From contig JBARAK010000372.1 in the NCBI GenBank assembly GCA_049791955.1, forward strand, positions 1,729 to 65,728: a DNA stretch of 64,000 nt, written 5' to 3'. Below, piece by piece: positions 46,432 to 55,590 of the stretch (positions within the stretch are counted from its first letter, which is position 1; every line of letters starts with the position of its first letter). A program made the translations under genes and the position numbers. The notes under the pieces are model-generated. The model searched no databases, had not been told where the DNA came from, and was given only the letters and a program-made list of their open reading frames with translations. Source of the stretch: Caulobacteraceae bacterium (lineage in GTDB: Bacteria > Pseudomonadota > Alphaproteobacteria > Caulobacterales > Caulobacteraceae).

Positions 46432-47826
46432 TCAGAAGGCGTCCTGGATGTCGGTCGTAATCTCGGCGTGCTGCTGATGGGCAGTGGGGGCCTCGGCCCC
46501 GTCCTGCTTGAAGACGACGCCGTCGCGCATGACGAAGGGCACATCCAGTACGGCGTTGATGTCCTGCAGCGGGCTGACCGGCAGGGCGACCATGTCGGCG
46601 GCCATCCCGGGCTCGAGCTTGCCCACGCCTTTGATGCCACCAGCGAGCGCCGCGTCGGAGGTGCCGGCGACCAGCGCCTGCATGGGCGTCATGCCGGCCT
46701 GCACATATTCGATGAACTCATGGGCGTTCTGGCCGTGCGGGTAGACGCCGGCGTCGGTGCCGAGCGCGATCTTGACCCCCAGGGCATGGGCCTGGCGCGC
46801 CAGCTTCTTGGGCTGGTCGCCGAGCGCGATCACCTTGGCCAGCGAAACCGGAGGCAGGTCCTTGAAGGGGCCGGCGCGGACCTTCTCGGGCGTGTCGCCG
46901 ACGTAGTCGATCGGCCAGACCGTCGGGATCAGCCAGATCCCCTTGGCCTTCATGGCGTTGAGCGTTTCGGCGTCGGCCCACATCCCGTGCTCGATGGAGT
47001 CGAAGCCGGCGCGGATGCAGGCGTCGATCGCGCCCTTGCCATGGGCGTGGGCGGTCACTTTGCGCCCCAGCATGTGCGCTGTCTCGGCGATGGCCTTCAG
47101 CTCGGCGTCGGTGAACTGCTGGTCGGTGGGCGCATCAGACTCATCCAGCGTGCCGCCGCTCGCCATCACCTTGATCACGTCGGCGCCCCGTTTCACCGCC
47201 GCGCGCACCGCTCGCCGGCAATCGTCCGCGCCGTCGCACACACCGCGCCGGGGCAGCGCCGCCATTACCTCTTCACGATAGCCGTGATTGTCGGCGTGGC
47301 CGTCGGTCGGGCTGATCGGGTCGCCGGAGGCCACGATCTTCGGGCCGGGAACCAGCCCATCCTTGATGGCGTCGCGCAAGGCGAGGACTGTATAGCCGAT
47401 CGAGCCGAGATCGCGCACGGTGGTGAAGCCCGCCATCAGGGTGGTGTTGGCGTTCTTGGCTCCCAGCAAGGTGAAGTATTCGTCGGACTTGCGCACCAGG
47501 GCGTCGCCTCCGCCCGCGCCTGCCAGATGGACATGCAGGTCGATGAAGCCGGGCATGACGAACATCCTGGACAGGTCCACCACTCGGACAGTCGCCAGCA
47601 GTCCCGCGGCTTCCGGTGTGATGAATCCCGGGCGGATCGACTGCACCTTGCCGTCCACGACCACCACGGTGACCTGGTTTAGCGGGGCTTGACCCGGCGT
47701 CTCGAGCAACTGTCCCGCATGGATGAGCGTCGGTGGCGGCGGAAGGGCCGCAGCCTCGCCGCGTCCAGCGGAAACCGCGATGGCGCAAGCGCCCACGGCA
47801 AGCGCACGCCAAGGAATCCTATCCAT
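46432..47826 (-). CDS. exported amidohydrolase family protein (COG1228-type, Xaa-Pro/Xaa-Arg dipeptidase-like)
   Basis: Signal-like N-terminus, then PGFIDLHVHL, IKVMASGG, VTAHAHG and LGTDAGV. Confidence 0.85.
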   Translation of the reverse strand: MDRIPWRALAVGACAIAVSAGRGEAAALPPPPTLIHAGQLLETPGQAPLNQVTVVVVDGKVQSIRPGFITPEAAGLLATVRVVDLSRMFVMPGFIDLHVHLAGAGGGDALVRKSDEYFTLLGAKNANTTLMAGFTTVRDLGSIGYTVLALRDAIKDGLVPGPKIVASGDPISPTDGHADNHGYREEVMAALPRRGVCDGADDCRRAVRAAVKRGADVIKVMASGGTLDESDAPTDQQFTDAELKAIAETAHMLGRKVTAHAHGKGAIDACIRAGFDSIEHGMWADAETLNAMKAKGIWLIPTVWPIDYVGDTPEKVRAGPFKDLPPVSLAKVIALGDQPKKLARQAHALGVKIALGTDAGVYPHGQNAHEFIEYVQAGMTPMQALVAGTSDAALAGGIKGVGKLEPGMAADMVALPVSPLQDINAVLDVPFVMRDGVVFKQDGAEAPTAHQQHAEITTDIQDAF

Positions 47827-47959
47827 TCGCCAGCTCCCGTCGCCGAACCCCAAATTCGCTGGGCGCGATCTATTCTTTTACATATGAAATTGTTGGGGTG
47901 CGTTATGGCGCCTTGTCAATCGATTTTCTTGGATCGGTGCGGTGGTGGGAGCCCTCGCC

Positions 47960-49282
47960 TCAGAGGGCGGCGCCCGCGTTCTGACCAGCGACGGCCGCGA
48001 TGAGGGGCGCTTCGGGCTGGGCCTCATTCAATGCGCCGAGTTCGCCTCGCTCCCGCGCCTTGCGCCCATAGGCGAGCTCAAACAGAGGCGACGCCATCAG
48101 CGTCGTCACGATCGCCATCAGCACCAGCATCGAGAACAGGGCTGGCTGGATGATCCCCCTCTGCAGGCCGAGATTGATGATGATCAGTTCCATCAGTCCG
48201 CGGGAGTTCATGAGCGCCGCAATACCGAGGGCGGTGGGATTGTCCTGGCCGCTCAGTCGGGCGGCGGCCCAGCAGGCGCCGCCCTTGCCGATGATCGATG
48301 CGCCCAGGATCGCCACGGTGGCCAAGACCATCGCAAGGTTGTCGACCATCCCAAGGCGTGTGCTCAGACCTGAGAACGTGAAGAACATGGGCAGGAGCAC
48401 GACCGTCGCGAACGGTTCCAGCTGCCGCCGTAGGTCCTTGGACAGCAGGCCGCGCGGCATCACCGCGCCAAGCAGGAAGCCTCCGAACACTGCATGAATG
48501 CCGATGCCGTCCATCGCGAAGGCGCACAGGAAGAACAGCATCAGGACGATCGCAAGAAGCCCCGGGCTGACTCGGCCCTCGCGCTCCGCGAGGCGTCCCA
48601 GGGGGGCAAGCAGCCGCGGCCCAAGCGCCACCATGAACACCGCGAAGGCCGCCGCGCCCGCGATCGCCTTCACCGCCACCATGGGACCGCCGCCAAAGCT
48701 GGCCAGAACGATGGCGAACACGATCCAGGCTCCCGCGTCGTCAACCGCCCCGGCGGTGAGGGACAGGGTTCCCATCGGAAGGTCGCTCAGGCCACGCTCA
48801 TGGATGATGCGGGCGAGCATCGGAAACGCCGTGATGGCGATGGCGGCCCCGGTGAACAGGGTCGCCTGGAACGTATCGACGCCCTTGCCGAAAAGACCCT
48901 GGCCGAGCAGCCACGGCGCGATCAGCAGCGCCAGGGCGAAAGGCGCGGCCATGCCGGAAAGCGACACCGTCACGGCGCTGCGGCCATTGCTGCGGAAATG
49001 ATCCGTGCGGAAGCCCAGACCCACCAGGAACATGTAGAGGCCCACGCCGAACTGCGCGCCGACGTAGAGCACGCTTATCGACGCCTTCGGGAACAGCGCT
49101 TCCTGCAGATGAGGCGCGAAAAGGCCGAACAGCGACGGGCCGAGCACGACCCCCGCGATCATTTCGCCGACGACCTGAGGCTGTCCCAGGAACCGTTTGG
49201 CCAGCCACCCCACAACCTTCGAAGTCGCGATGATTGCGAACATCTGAAGGAAGAAGCAGGTCCCGAGCTGTGCTGGGGTCAT
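47960..49282 (-). CDS. cation:proton antiporter (CPA2/Kef-type membrane domain only)
   Basis: QPQVVGEMIAGVVLGPS and multiple TM segments. There is no C-terminal RCK/KTN domain. Confidence 0.9.
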   Translation of the reverse strand: MTPAQLGTCFFLQMFAIIATSKVVGWLAKRFLGQPQVVGEMIAGVVLGPSLFGLFAPHLQEALFPKASISVLYVGAQFGVGLYMFLVGLGFRTDHFRSNGRSAVTVSLSGMAAPFALALLIAPWLLGQGLFGKGVDTFQATLFTGAAIAITAFPMLARIIHERGLSDLPMGTLSLTAGAVDDAGAWIVFAIVLASFGGGPMVAVKAIAGAAAFAVFMVALGPRLLAPLGRLAEREGRVSPGLLAIVLMLFFLCAFAMDGIGIHAVFGGFLLGAVMPRGLLSKDLRRQLEPFATVVLLPMFFTFSGLSTRLGMVDNLAMVLATVAILGASIIGKGGACWAAARLSGQDNPTALGIAALMNSRGLMELIIINLGLQRGIIQPALFSMLVLMAIVTTLMASPLFELAYGRKARERGELGALNEAQPEAPLIAAVAGQNAGAAL

Positions 49283-49294
49283 GTCATGCCCAGG

Positions 49295-50515
49295 TCAGGC
49301 GGATACCGGTGGATCGACCACGGCCGCGGGATCGAAGGCGCGCCGATAACCCCAATCCGTATCGACCGTCGCCCCATCCTTGGCGACCGAGTCCAGGATG
49401 GCCTTCATCAGCCGCATGTCCTGCAGGCCTTCCTCGCCAGGCGAGACGAGCGGCGCCTTTCCCCGCACCACATCGCCCATCCAGTCCATTTCCCGGGTGA
49501 ACTGGGCGCTGTTGGGAAGCTGGGGCGCGAATTCCTCCTGCGCGGCCCCCTGGATGCTTAGCCGGTTGCCGCCATAGAACGCGCCGGGGTCCGCCACCAT
49601 CCGGCCCTGGTCGCAGAACACGCGGAACGCCATCGTCCCGGTGTAGGAGAAGGACGTCGATCCGTTGGCCAGTGCGCCTGACGGAAAGCGGAACTGCCAG
49701 GCGATGGATTCCTCGGTGGTGCGGAAGCGCGGGTCGTTCTTGTCGGTATGGGCCCATGCGCGAACCGCGACCGGCTCTTCGTTGAGCAGATAGCGCGAAG
49801 CGCTGACGCCATAGACCCCCATGTCGGCGAGCGCGCCGCCACCCGACATGCCCATGTCCAAGCGCCAGGCATCGGACGGCTCCGCCGGGTCAGCCTGCCG
49901 GCCCATGTCGGTGATCACAAGGCGCGGACGTCCGAGCGTACCAGAGCGCAGGCGGCGCATGGCCCTGAGGTTCAACGGCTCGTAGTGGCAGCGGTAGGCG
50001 ATCATGAGCCGCCGATCCGCCGCCTTGGCGGCCGAGATCATCGCCTCGCTGTCGGCGATGGTGGTGGCCATCGGCTTTTCGCACAGCACATGCTTGCCCG
50101 CCTTCAGCGCACGGATCGTGTACTCGGCGTGCAGGGAATTGGGCAGGACGATGTAGACGACCTGGATGCGCGGGTCGTGGGCGATGCGGTCGTAGTCGTC
50201 ATAGCCGTAGATCGCATCCGCCGGCACGCCGTGTTCCGCCGCGACCCGCCGCGCCTTGTCGGGGTGGCCGCTCACCAGGGCCGTGAGCTTGACGCCACGG
50301 GCATCCTGAAAGCCGGGGATGATCTCTCCCAGCGCCAGCTTGCCTAGCCCTACGACCGCGAAACCGACCTTCTCATGGTCCGGATAGGCGCTTCCAGCAG
50401 GGTGGGGTGCGGCGCTGGTGCGAGCGGTCTGCGCGGAACTTTGTCCGGGCAGCACGGCCGAGGCTCCGGCCACGCCGAGTTCGATCAGGCTGCGTCGGGA
50501 AATGATATTCGGCAT
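49295..50515 (-). CDS. Gfo/Idh/MocA family oxidoreductase with Tat signal (glucose-fructose oxidoreductase-like)
   Basis: SRRSLIELGVAGASAV twin-arginine leader, GFAVVGLGKLA Rossmann motif and EKPMA motif. Confidence 0.9.
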   Translation of the reverse strand: MPNIISRRSLIELGVAGASAVLPGQSSAQTARTSAAPHPAGSAYPDHEKVGFAVVGLGKLALGEIIPGFQDARGVKLTALVSGHPDKARRVAAEHGVPADAIYGYDDYDRIAHDPRIQVVYIVLPNSLHAEYTIRALKAGKHVLCEKPMATTIADSEAMISAAKAADRRLMIAYRCHYEPLNLRAMRRLRSGTLGRPRLVITDMGRQADPAEPSDAWRLDMGMSGGGALADMGVYGVSASRYLLNEEPVAVRAWAHTDKNDPRFRTTEESIAWQFRFPSGALANGSTSFSYTGTMAFRVFCDQGRMVADPGAFYGGNRLSIQGAAQEEFAPQLPNSAQFTREMDWMGDVVRGKAPLVSPGEEGLQDMRLMKAILDSVAKDGATVDTDWGYRRAFDPAAVVDPPVSA

Positions 50516-50645
50516 GGCGTTCCTCCTCCGCCTGATGACATCCCGCCCGAGATCTCCGTCCCGGCGCGAGTGGTGTATTCGTGTACCACGCGCATGACGC
50601 TAGCGCTAACATCACCGGGCGTCCCGCACGGTTTCGACCTCGGGA

Positions 50646-51545
50646 TCAGCGTACCTTGCCGGCGGCGTTCTTCAGCACGAGGTCGGATAGAACCGCGGTA
50701 TCTGTTGTCGTCGGCAAGTGGGAGACGAAACCCACGCCGACATAGAATGGGCCGTTCAGGTGCAGGGTGATTGGGGCGCCGAACTGGTGCATCGGCTCGC
50801 CTTGTTCACTGACCCAAAGCGAGAATTCGTCGCCCTTCTTCTGGATACCTATGCGCCTGGCGTGCAGCGTGACCAGGGAATCGGGGCTGGCGCCGCCGGG
50901 CAGTCCGCCGCGACTGCCGATCCGGTATTCCATGTCGCTGATGCGCGCGCCCTTTTGTGGACGCTGGGCGATGTGGATCATGCCGCCGCCGTGAAGGGCG
51001 ACCAGCGCCTCCTTGGAGTCGTCGTTGAGGTCCTGCCGGATGATCAGCACCGCCTTGCGGTCGCCGAAGCCATTCGCATTGGGATAGTCGATGTTCGCCG
51101 CCAGCGAGACGTCGCCCGACATCTTCTTCCACAGGTAGCGGAACTCGTCGCGCGTGTACCAGACGTTATAGCCGGCCGAGGTAATCGTGTACTTCCCGGC
51201 CTTGTACAGGGCCTGAGCGGGTGCGAGCGCGGCGCCCACGTCGGCTTGGCCATCGAACACGCCGATCTTCCCGGGGATCAGCCGAGGGGGGCGATGGAAG
51301 TCGGCGGGCGGCCCGACCTGATGGTGGGAGGGCGAGTCCGGATAGGCCCAGTCCGGCGCGATGGGCGCGCCTGGCGCGCTGTTGGCGGGCGAGGCGCCGG
51401 GCACCGACTGGTATTCCGGAGTTTGGGCGTGAGCTGAGCCTGGAAGGGTGGCGTAGGCGGCGAGCAAAAGCGTGGATCGAAACTTGGGCACGTGACGTCC
51501 TCCCCGGATGGTCATCGTTCTGGCGGAGCGCCGATGACGGCTCAT
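50646..51545 (-). CDS. exported hypothetical protein (possible concanavalin-A-like/LamG jelly-roll)
   Basis: Signal peptide ...LLLAAYATLPGSAHA-QT and a beta-rich sequence (YNVWYTRDEFRYLWKKMSGDVSLAANI ...). ATG 51545 forms an ATGA overlap with the upstream VOC stop; ATG 51515 is the alternative. The fold assignment is a guess. Confidence 0.55.
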   Translation of the reverse strand: MSRHRRSARTMTIRGGRHVPKFRSTLLLAAYATLPGSAHAQTPEYQSVPGASPANSAPGAPIAPDWAYPDSPSHHQVGPPADFHRPPRLIPGKIGVFDGQADVGAALAPAQALYKAGKYTITSAGYNVWYTRDEFRYLWKKMSGDVSLAANIDYPNANGFGDRKAVLIIRQDLNDDSKEALVALHGGGMIHIAQRPQKGARISDMEYRIGSRGGLPGGASPDSLVTLHARRIGIQKKGDEFSLWVSEQGEPMHQFGAPITLHLNGPFYVGVGFVSHLPTTTDTAVLSDLVLKNAAGKVR

Positions 51546-52471
51546 TTCTCCGGACCAACTGCGGTGAAGGGCGAGCAGCAAGGCTTGCCGATGGCGTGGA
51601 ATTCCATCAGTTCCGCGCGCGTTCCGTCGGGATCGATCAGGTTGAGCTGCCACTTGGCGTCTCGCCCGATCTTGGGGAGGGATGCCTGATCGTTCAGCCG
51701 GTCGCCGTTCCAGAGCTGTGTATAGGCGGCTTCCGCATTGGGTATGCCGAGCGAGAAATGGTTGAACACCCCCAGGGTGGCCTGGGTCATGGTGGAGGGA
51801 ACGCCCTTGGTCTCCGGCGTGCCCACGATCATGTATTCCATCCAGTCCGTCCCGTCCGGGATCTGCAGGGAAATCCAGGTCGGCGTGTCTTCCTTCATGC
51901 CGCCCGCCCAATAGGGACGAAAGCCCAGGATATCCCGATAGAACGCGTCTTCGCGTCCACGATTGTGGACGATGAAGCCGAAGTGGATGAGGTGGCTGGA
52001 AAGCGGGTTTATGGAAATGGAGGGCGGCGACGCAGGCGGCTGGACGAACTGGATCGTCATGCCTTCGGGGTCGACGACGTTGAACCAGCGGCTGCCGTCG
52101 CTTCCATGTTCAAGCCGCGCCGGCGTCGCGACGCCCTTGGCGGCCAGATAGACCCGCATCGCCTCCGCGTCGGGGGTGTTGAAGGCGGCGTGATCGAAGC
52201 GGTTGATCGAAGGCGGTCCCGGCGGCAAGGGGAGCACCTCAACGAACTGCAACGGATTGAAGTAGTAGCGCACGCCCTTGGGGTTCTCGGGATCGGGCAT
52301 CTTCACCCCGCCCAGATCGTGGACGTAGAAGGCTTCGCTCTTGGCGGGGTCCGCCGCATAGACGGCCAGGTGCGAGACGGAGACGATGGGCGCGCGGGCC
52401 GGCTCGGCTTTGGCGGCCATGCCGCCAGCCGCCAGGAACGCCGAAGTGCAGGCCGCCAGGAACTTCATCAC
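51542..52471 (-). CDS. exported tandem VOC (glyoxalase/bleomycin-resistance/extradiol dioxygenase) family protein
   Basis: Sec signal MMKFLAACTSAFLAAGGMAAKA. Two VOC-like halves (VSHLAVYAADPAKSEAFY... and LIHFGFIVHNRGREDAFYRDILGF...). Confidence 0.8.
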   Translation of the reverse strand: MMKFLAACTSAFLAAGGMAAKAEPARAPIVSVSHLAVYAADPAKSEAFYVHDLGGVKMPDPENPKGVRYYFNPLQFVEVLPLPPGPPSINRFDHAAFNTPDAEAMRVYLAAKGVATPARLEHGSDGSRWFNVVDPEGMTIQFVQPPASPPSISINPLSSHLIHFGFIVHNRGREDAFYRDILGFRPYWAGGMKEDTPTWISLQIPDGTDWMEYMIVGTPETKGVPSTMTQATLGVFNHFSLGIPNAEAAYTQLWNGDRLNDQASLPKIGRDAKWQLNLIDPDGTRAELMEFHAIGKPCCSPFTAVGPEK

Positions 52472-52560
52472 ATAGCCCTCCCTTGGAGGGGCGGAACCGC
52501 GCGCCCTCCCTCGTTTCCATCATTGGGCCCGTATGGCGGGCCTGCTGTTATGGTCTCGTT

Positions 52561-54105
52561 TCAGATCGTCTGAAGGCCGTAGTCCTTGATCTTCCTGATC
52601 AGGTCTCGGTTCTTCGGCAGTTCGCCCCGCATCTTGCCGGTCATGGCGACGTTCTGTTGCATCATCCTGAGCGCGGACGCGCGTGTGCCAGCATTGTCGA
52701 GTGGGTCTACTTCCGTCCGGAAGCCCATTCCGTAGAGAACGTATTGGTAGCTGGCGGCGGGAAACACCTCTTCCAGCCTGTCGAACTCCTCAAAGAACCA
52801 GGGCGAATGATATTTCCAGAGATGCAACAGGTTTTGTAGTCGCTCGGGAACGGTCTTCGGGTCGACATTGTCGATCCAGAACGGGTTATCGGTTCTCTGG
52901 GTCAGGACGTAGTGCAATTTGAGGAAGTCTATGATGCGGCCCCAGCGATAGTGCGTCACCGCATTGAAACGCGCCGCGATGATGTCCATCACCTCCCGGC
53001 ACGCGGGCATCTGCTCGCTCACGAGCTTGGCTGACAATTCGATGAGGACGATGGCGGAGGATTCCAGCGGTTCAAGGAAGCCGGCGGCGAGGCCGACCGC
53101 CACGCAGTTGTTCTTCCAGAAGACTTCGCGGTAACCGGACCGGATCGGGATCTTCCGCGCGGTCAGGTCCTTGGCCGCGTCCCCGATATAGCGTCTCAGC
53201 TCCCGTTCCGCCGCCTCGTCGCTAATATGGCTGCTGGAGAACACGTATCCCACGCCGCGGCGTGTTGGCAGCGCGATGTCCCAGGTCCAGCCGGCCGATT
53301 GAGCCGTCGAGATGGTGTAAGGAGCGATCGGCGTTTCCGGATCGGAGTGGGGGACTTGTATCGCCATGGCGGTGTCGCAAAACAGGACGTCGCTGCAGTC
53401 CTTGAATGGGACTCCCAGGGTTTTTCCGAGTAGGAGCGACGAAAAGCCGGTGCAGTCGATAAAGAGGTCGCCAGTGATCTCGCCTGCCTGCTCCGTCACT
53501 ATGCCCGTGATGTCGCCGTGTTCGTCCTGATTGACGCCGCGTACGTCAGCCGGGACTTGGCGGACGCCAAGTTTCTGCGTGCAGTGTTTCTGCAGGAAGG
53601 GAGCGAATTTACCGGCGTCCAGATGGTAGGCGTAGTTCGCCACGGCCTGGTATTCGGGCGTGGTGATCATCTTCGGCGCCAGGTCGTCGTCGCACAGCTC
53701 TCCCTGTGGACAGACGGTGTCGCAGAAGCTGCGGCCGTCATTATCACAGAGCCAATGCGGCGCCAGGTTCACCTGGCTGAAGCCTTGGGGAAGCATGAGC
53801 GGATGGTAGTAGGCGTCGTCATCGGCGCCCGTCGTCCAGCGGGCGAACTTGGCGCCTTGCTTGAAACTGACGTCGCATTCGCGGAAGAAATCGGTCTCCG
53901 ATACCCCGATCTTCTGAAGGGTCGTGCGTAAGGTGGGCCAAGTGCCTTCTCCCACGCCGATGATGCCGATCTTCGGAGACTCGACCAGGGTGACGGTGAA
54001 GCCGGCCTTCATCCGCCCCTGATGCCGCGCAGCGATCAGGCCAGCCGTCAGCCAGCCTGCGGTCCCTCCGCCAACCACGACGATGTTCTGGACGGGTCTA
54101 ACCAT
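52561..54105 (-). CDS. tryptophan halogenase family protein (flavin-dependent halogenase-like)
   Basis: GxGxxG (VVVGGGTAGW), GVGEGT, a conserved Lys region (SFKQGAKFARW) and GWTWDIAL, a variant of the WxWxIP motif. Confidence 0.9.
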   Translation of the reverse strand: MVRPVQNIVVVGGGTAGWLTAGLIAARHQGRMKAGFTVTLVESPKIGIIGVGEGTWPTLRTTLQKIGVSETDFFRECDVSFKQGAKFARWTTGADDDAYYHPLMLPQGFSQVNLAPHWLCDNDGRSFCDTVCPQGELCDDDLAPKMITTPEYQAVANYAYHLDAGKFAPFLQKHCTQKLGVRQVPADVRGVNQDEHGDITGIVTEQAGEITGDLFIDCTGFSSLLLGKTLGVPFKDCSDVLFCDTAMAIQVPHSDPETPIAPYTISTAQSAGWTWDIALPTRRGVGYVFSSSHISDEAAERELRRYIGDAAKDLTARKIPIRSGYREVFWKNNCVAVGLAAGFLEPLESSAIVLIELSAKLVSEQMPACREVMDIIAARFNAVTHYRWGRIIDFLKLHYVLTQRTDNPFWIDNVDPKTVPERLQNLLHLWKYHSPWFFEEFDRLEEVFPAASYQYVLYGMGFRTEVDPLDNAGTRASALRMMQQNVAMTGKMRGELPKNRDLIRKIKDYGLQTI

Positions 54106-54498
54106 TATGCAGCTCGCCGATCACGCGCACGTATCGATAGTAAACAAGGAAAGGGCAGGGGCCGCCAGCGACGCCGCCATATCCGCAGTCGGAGGCGCGG
54201 TCTGGATTTGTGCGGTGAGGCTCCCGCCAGATATGACCTTCAATACGTCTTCCTCCCTTATGATTTACGGAGGGCGTACGTCTGCATTCGCCACGGAACG
54301 TAAGCGCCGCAGCCATAGATCAAAGATAACTAATAACGCAGACGTTTCCTCTTTTCCGGACTTGAGCCTTGCAGCCTGCCGGACCTTTTTAGCAGCGAAT
54401 TATGGTAGCGCTCTCATTTGTGAAACTGACAGCCTCTCGGCGATCTGAACTGAATCATATACCATGCGAAAATCGCCTCGCAAGCCAACTTTAAATCC

Positions 54499-55515
54499 AT
54501 GACGCCAGCCGCTGTATTGGAAATCGACGTGTCGGATATCCGCTCCGATGACGGGTTCCTGCGCGAGGTGGTCGAGCCGTGTCGGCCGGTGCTTCTGCGC
54601 AACCTGGTCCGGCGCTGGCCCGCGGTCCAGGCTGGCTTGGCGTCGCCGCCAGCCTTTCGCGCCTATATCGCCCAGTTCCAGAATAATGCGGTCGTTGAGG
54701 CTTTCTTCGGCGCGCCGCACATTGGTGGAAAGTACTATTACGGCGATCAGCTGAATGGTTTCAACTTCGAGCGGCGCAGGATGCGTTTCTCGGACGCTGT
54801 CGAAGCTATGCTAGATGCTTGCTCGACGCAGGGGTCGCCCTCCGTATACGTCGGCTCTATTCCAACGGAAGCCTACCTGCCCGGATTCGCGTCGGATAAT
54901 CCGATGCCGTTGCTCGATCGGAAAATCGAACCGCGGATCTGGCTTGGAACCGCATCCAATGTGGCGTGCCACTACGATACCTTGGACAATCTCGCGTGCG
55001 TCGTGGCGGGGGCTCGCCGGTTCACGCTCTTTCCCCCTGAACTGATCGGAAGCCTCTATGTGGGCCCGATCGACAACACCATGGCGGGGCAGCCGGTCAG
55101 CCTCGCGGCTTCGGCGGCGGGAGATGGCGACTTTCCGCTTTTCGAACAGGTGAGGGCGCGCGCCATGGTCGTGGACCTGAAGCCGGGCGACGCCCTGTAT
55201 ATGCCAAAGCTATGGTGGCATCAGGTGGAAGCGACCGAGCCGTTCAATGGTCTGGTCAACTTCTGGTGGGACGCTTTCAGCGCCGGCCCCGATGCGCCCT
55301 ACGCCAGTCTCCTGCTCGCGATGATCATGATCGGTGAACGTCCTTCGGAGGAGCGGCAGGCCTGGAAGGCCTATTTCGATCACTATGTCTTCCGCAGCCA
55401 CGGTCATCCGCTGGCGCATCTGCCGGAAGAGCGTCACGGTCTTCTTGGGCCCTTGAAGCCCAGCAACTATGGGCGCATCCGGGCGCGCGTCATGCAGATG
55501 CTGCGCGGTAGCTGA
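54499..55515 (+). CDS. cupin-like (JmjC/Cupin_8) domain protein, putative Fe(II)/2-oxoglutarate oxygenase
   Basis: HxD...H facial triad candidates (CHYDTLDN ... WWHQVEA) in a cupin-like context. Confidence 0.85.
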   Translation: MTPAAVLEIDVSDIRSDDGFLREVVEPCRPVLLRNLVRRWPAVQAGLASPPAFRAYIAQFQNNAVVEAFFGAPHIGGKYYYGDQLNGFNFERRRMRFSDAVEAMLDACSTQGSPSVYVGSIPTEAYLPGFASDNPMPLLDRKIEPRIWLGTASNVACHYDTLDNLACVVAGARRFTLFPPELIGSLYVGPIDNTMAGQPVSLAASAAGDGDFPLFEQVRARAMVVDLKPGDALYMPKLWWHQVEATEPFNGLVNFWWDAFSAGPDAPYASLLLAMIMIGERPSEERQAWKAYFDHYVFRSHGHPLAHLPEERHGLLGPLKPSNYGRIRARVMQMLRGS

Positions 55516-55590
55516 CCGCACGGAACCTGTTCGAACCGCTCAGCCGCCATTCATCCGTAATGGTCATCCTGGCCGCATCAGGAGACCCTC

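Noticed and set aside
50646-51911. 421-aa extended version of the exported hypothetical gene
   Set aside because: The upstream 120 residues are Arg/His/Pro-rich and overlap the VOC gene in another frame. A signal peptide only appears after the internal starts at 51545 or 51515.
54022-54720. Several 70-120 aa ORFs on both strands in the halogenase-cupin spacer
   Set aside because: They overlap the ends of the flanking genes. They also have atypical composition, no RBS and no family signatures. The spacer is more likely a divergent promoter region.
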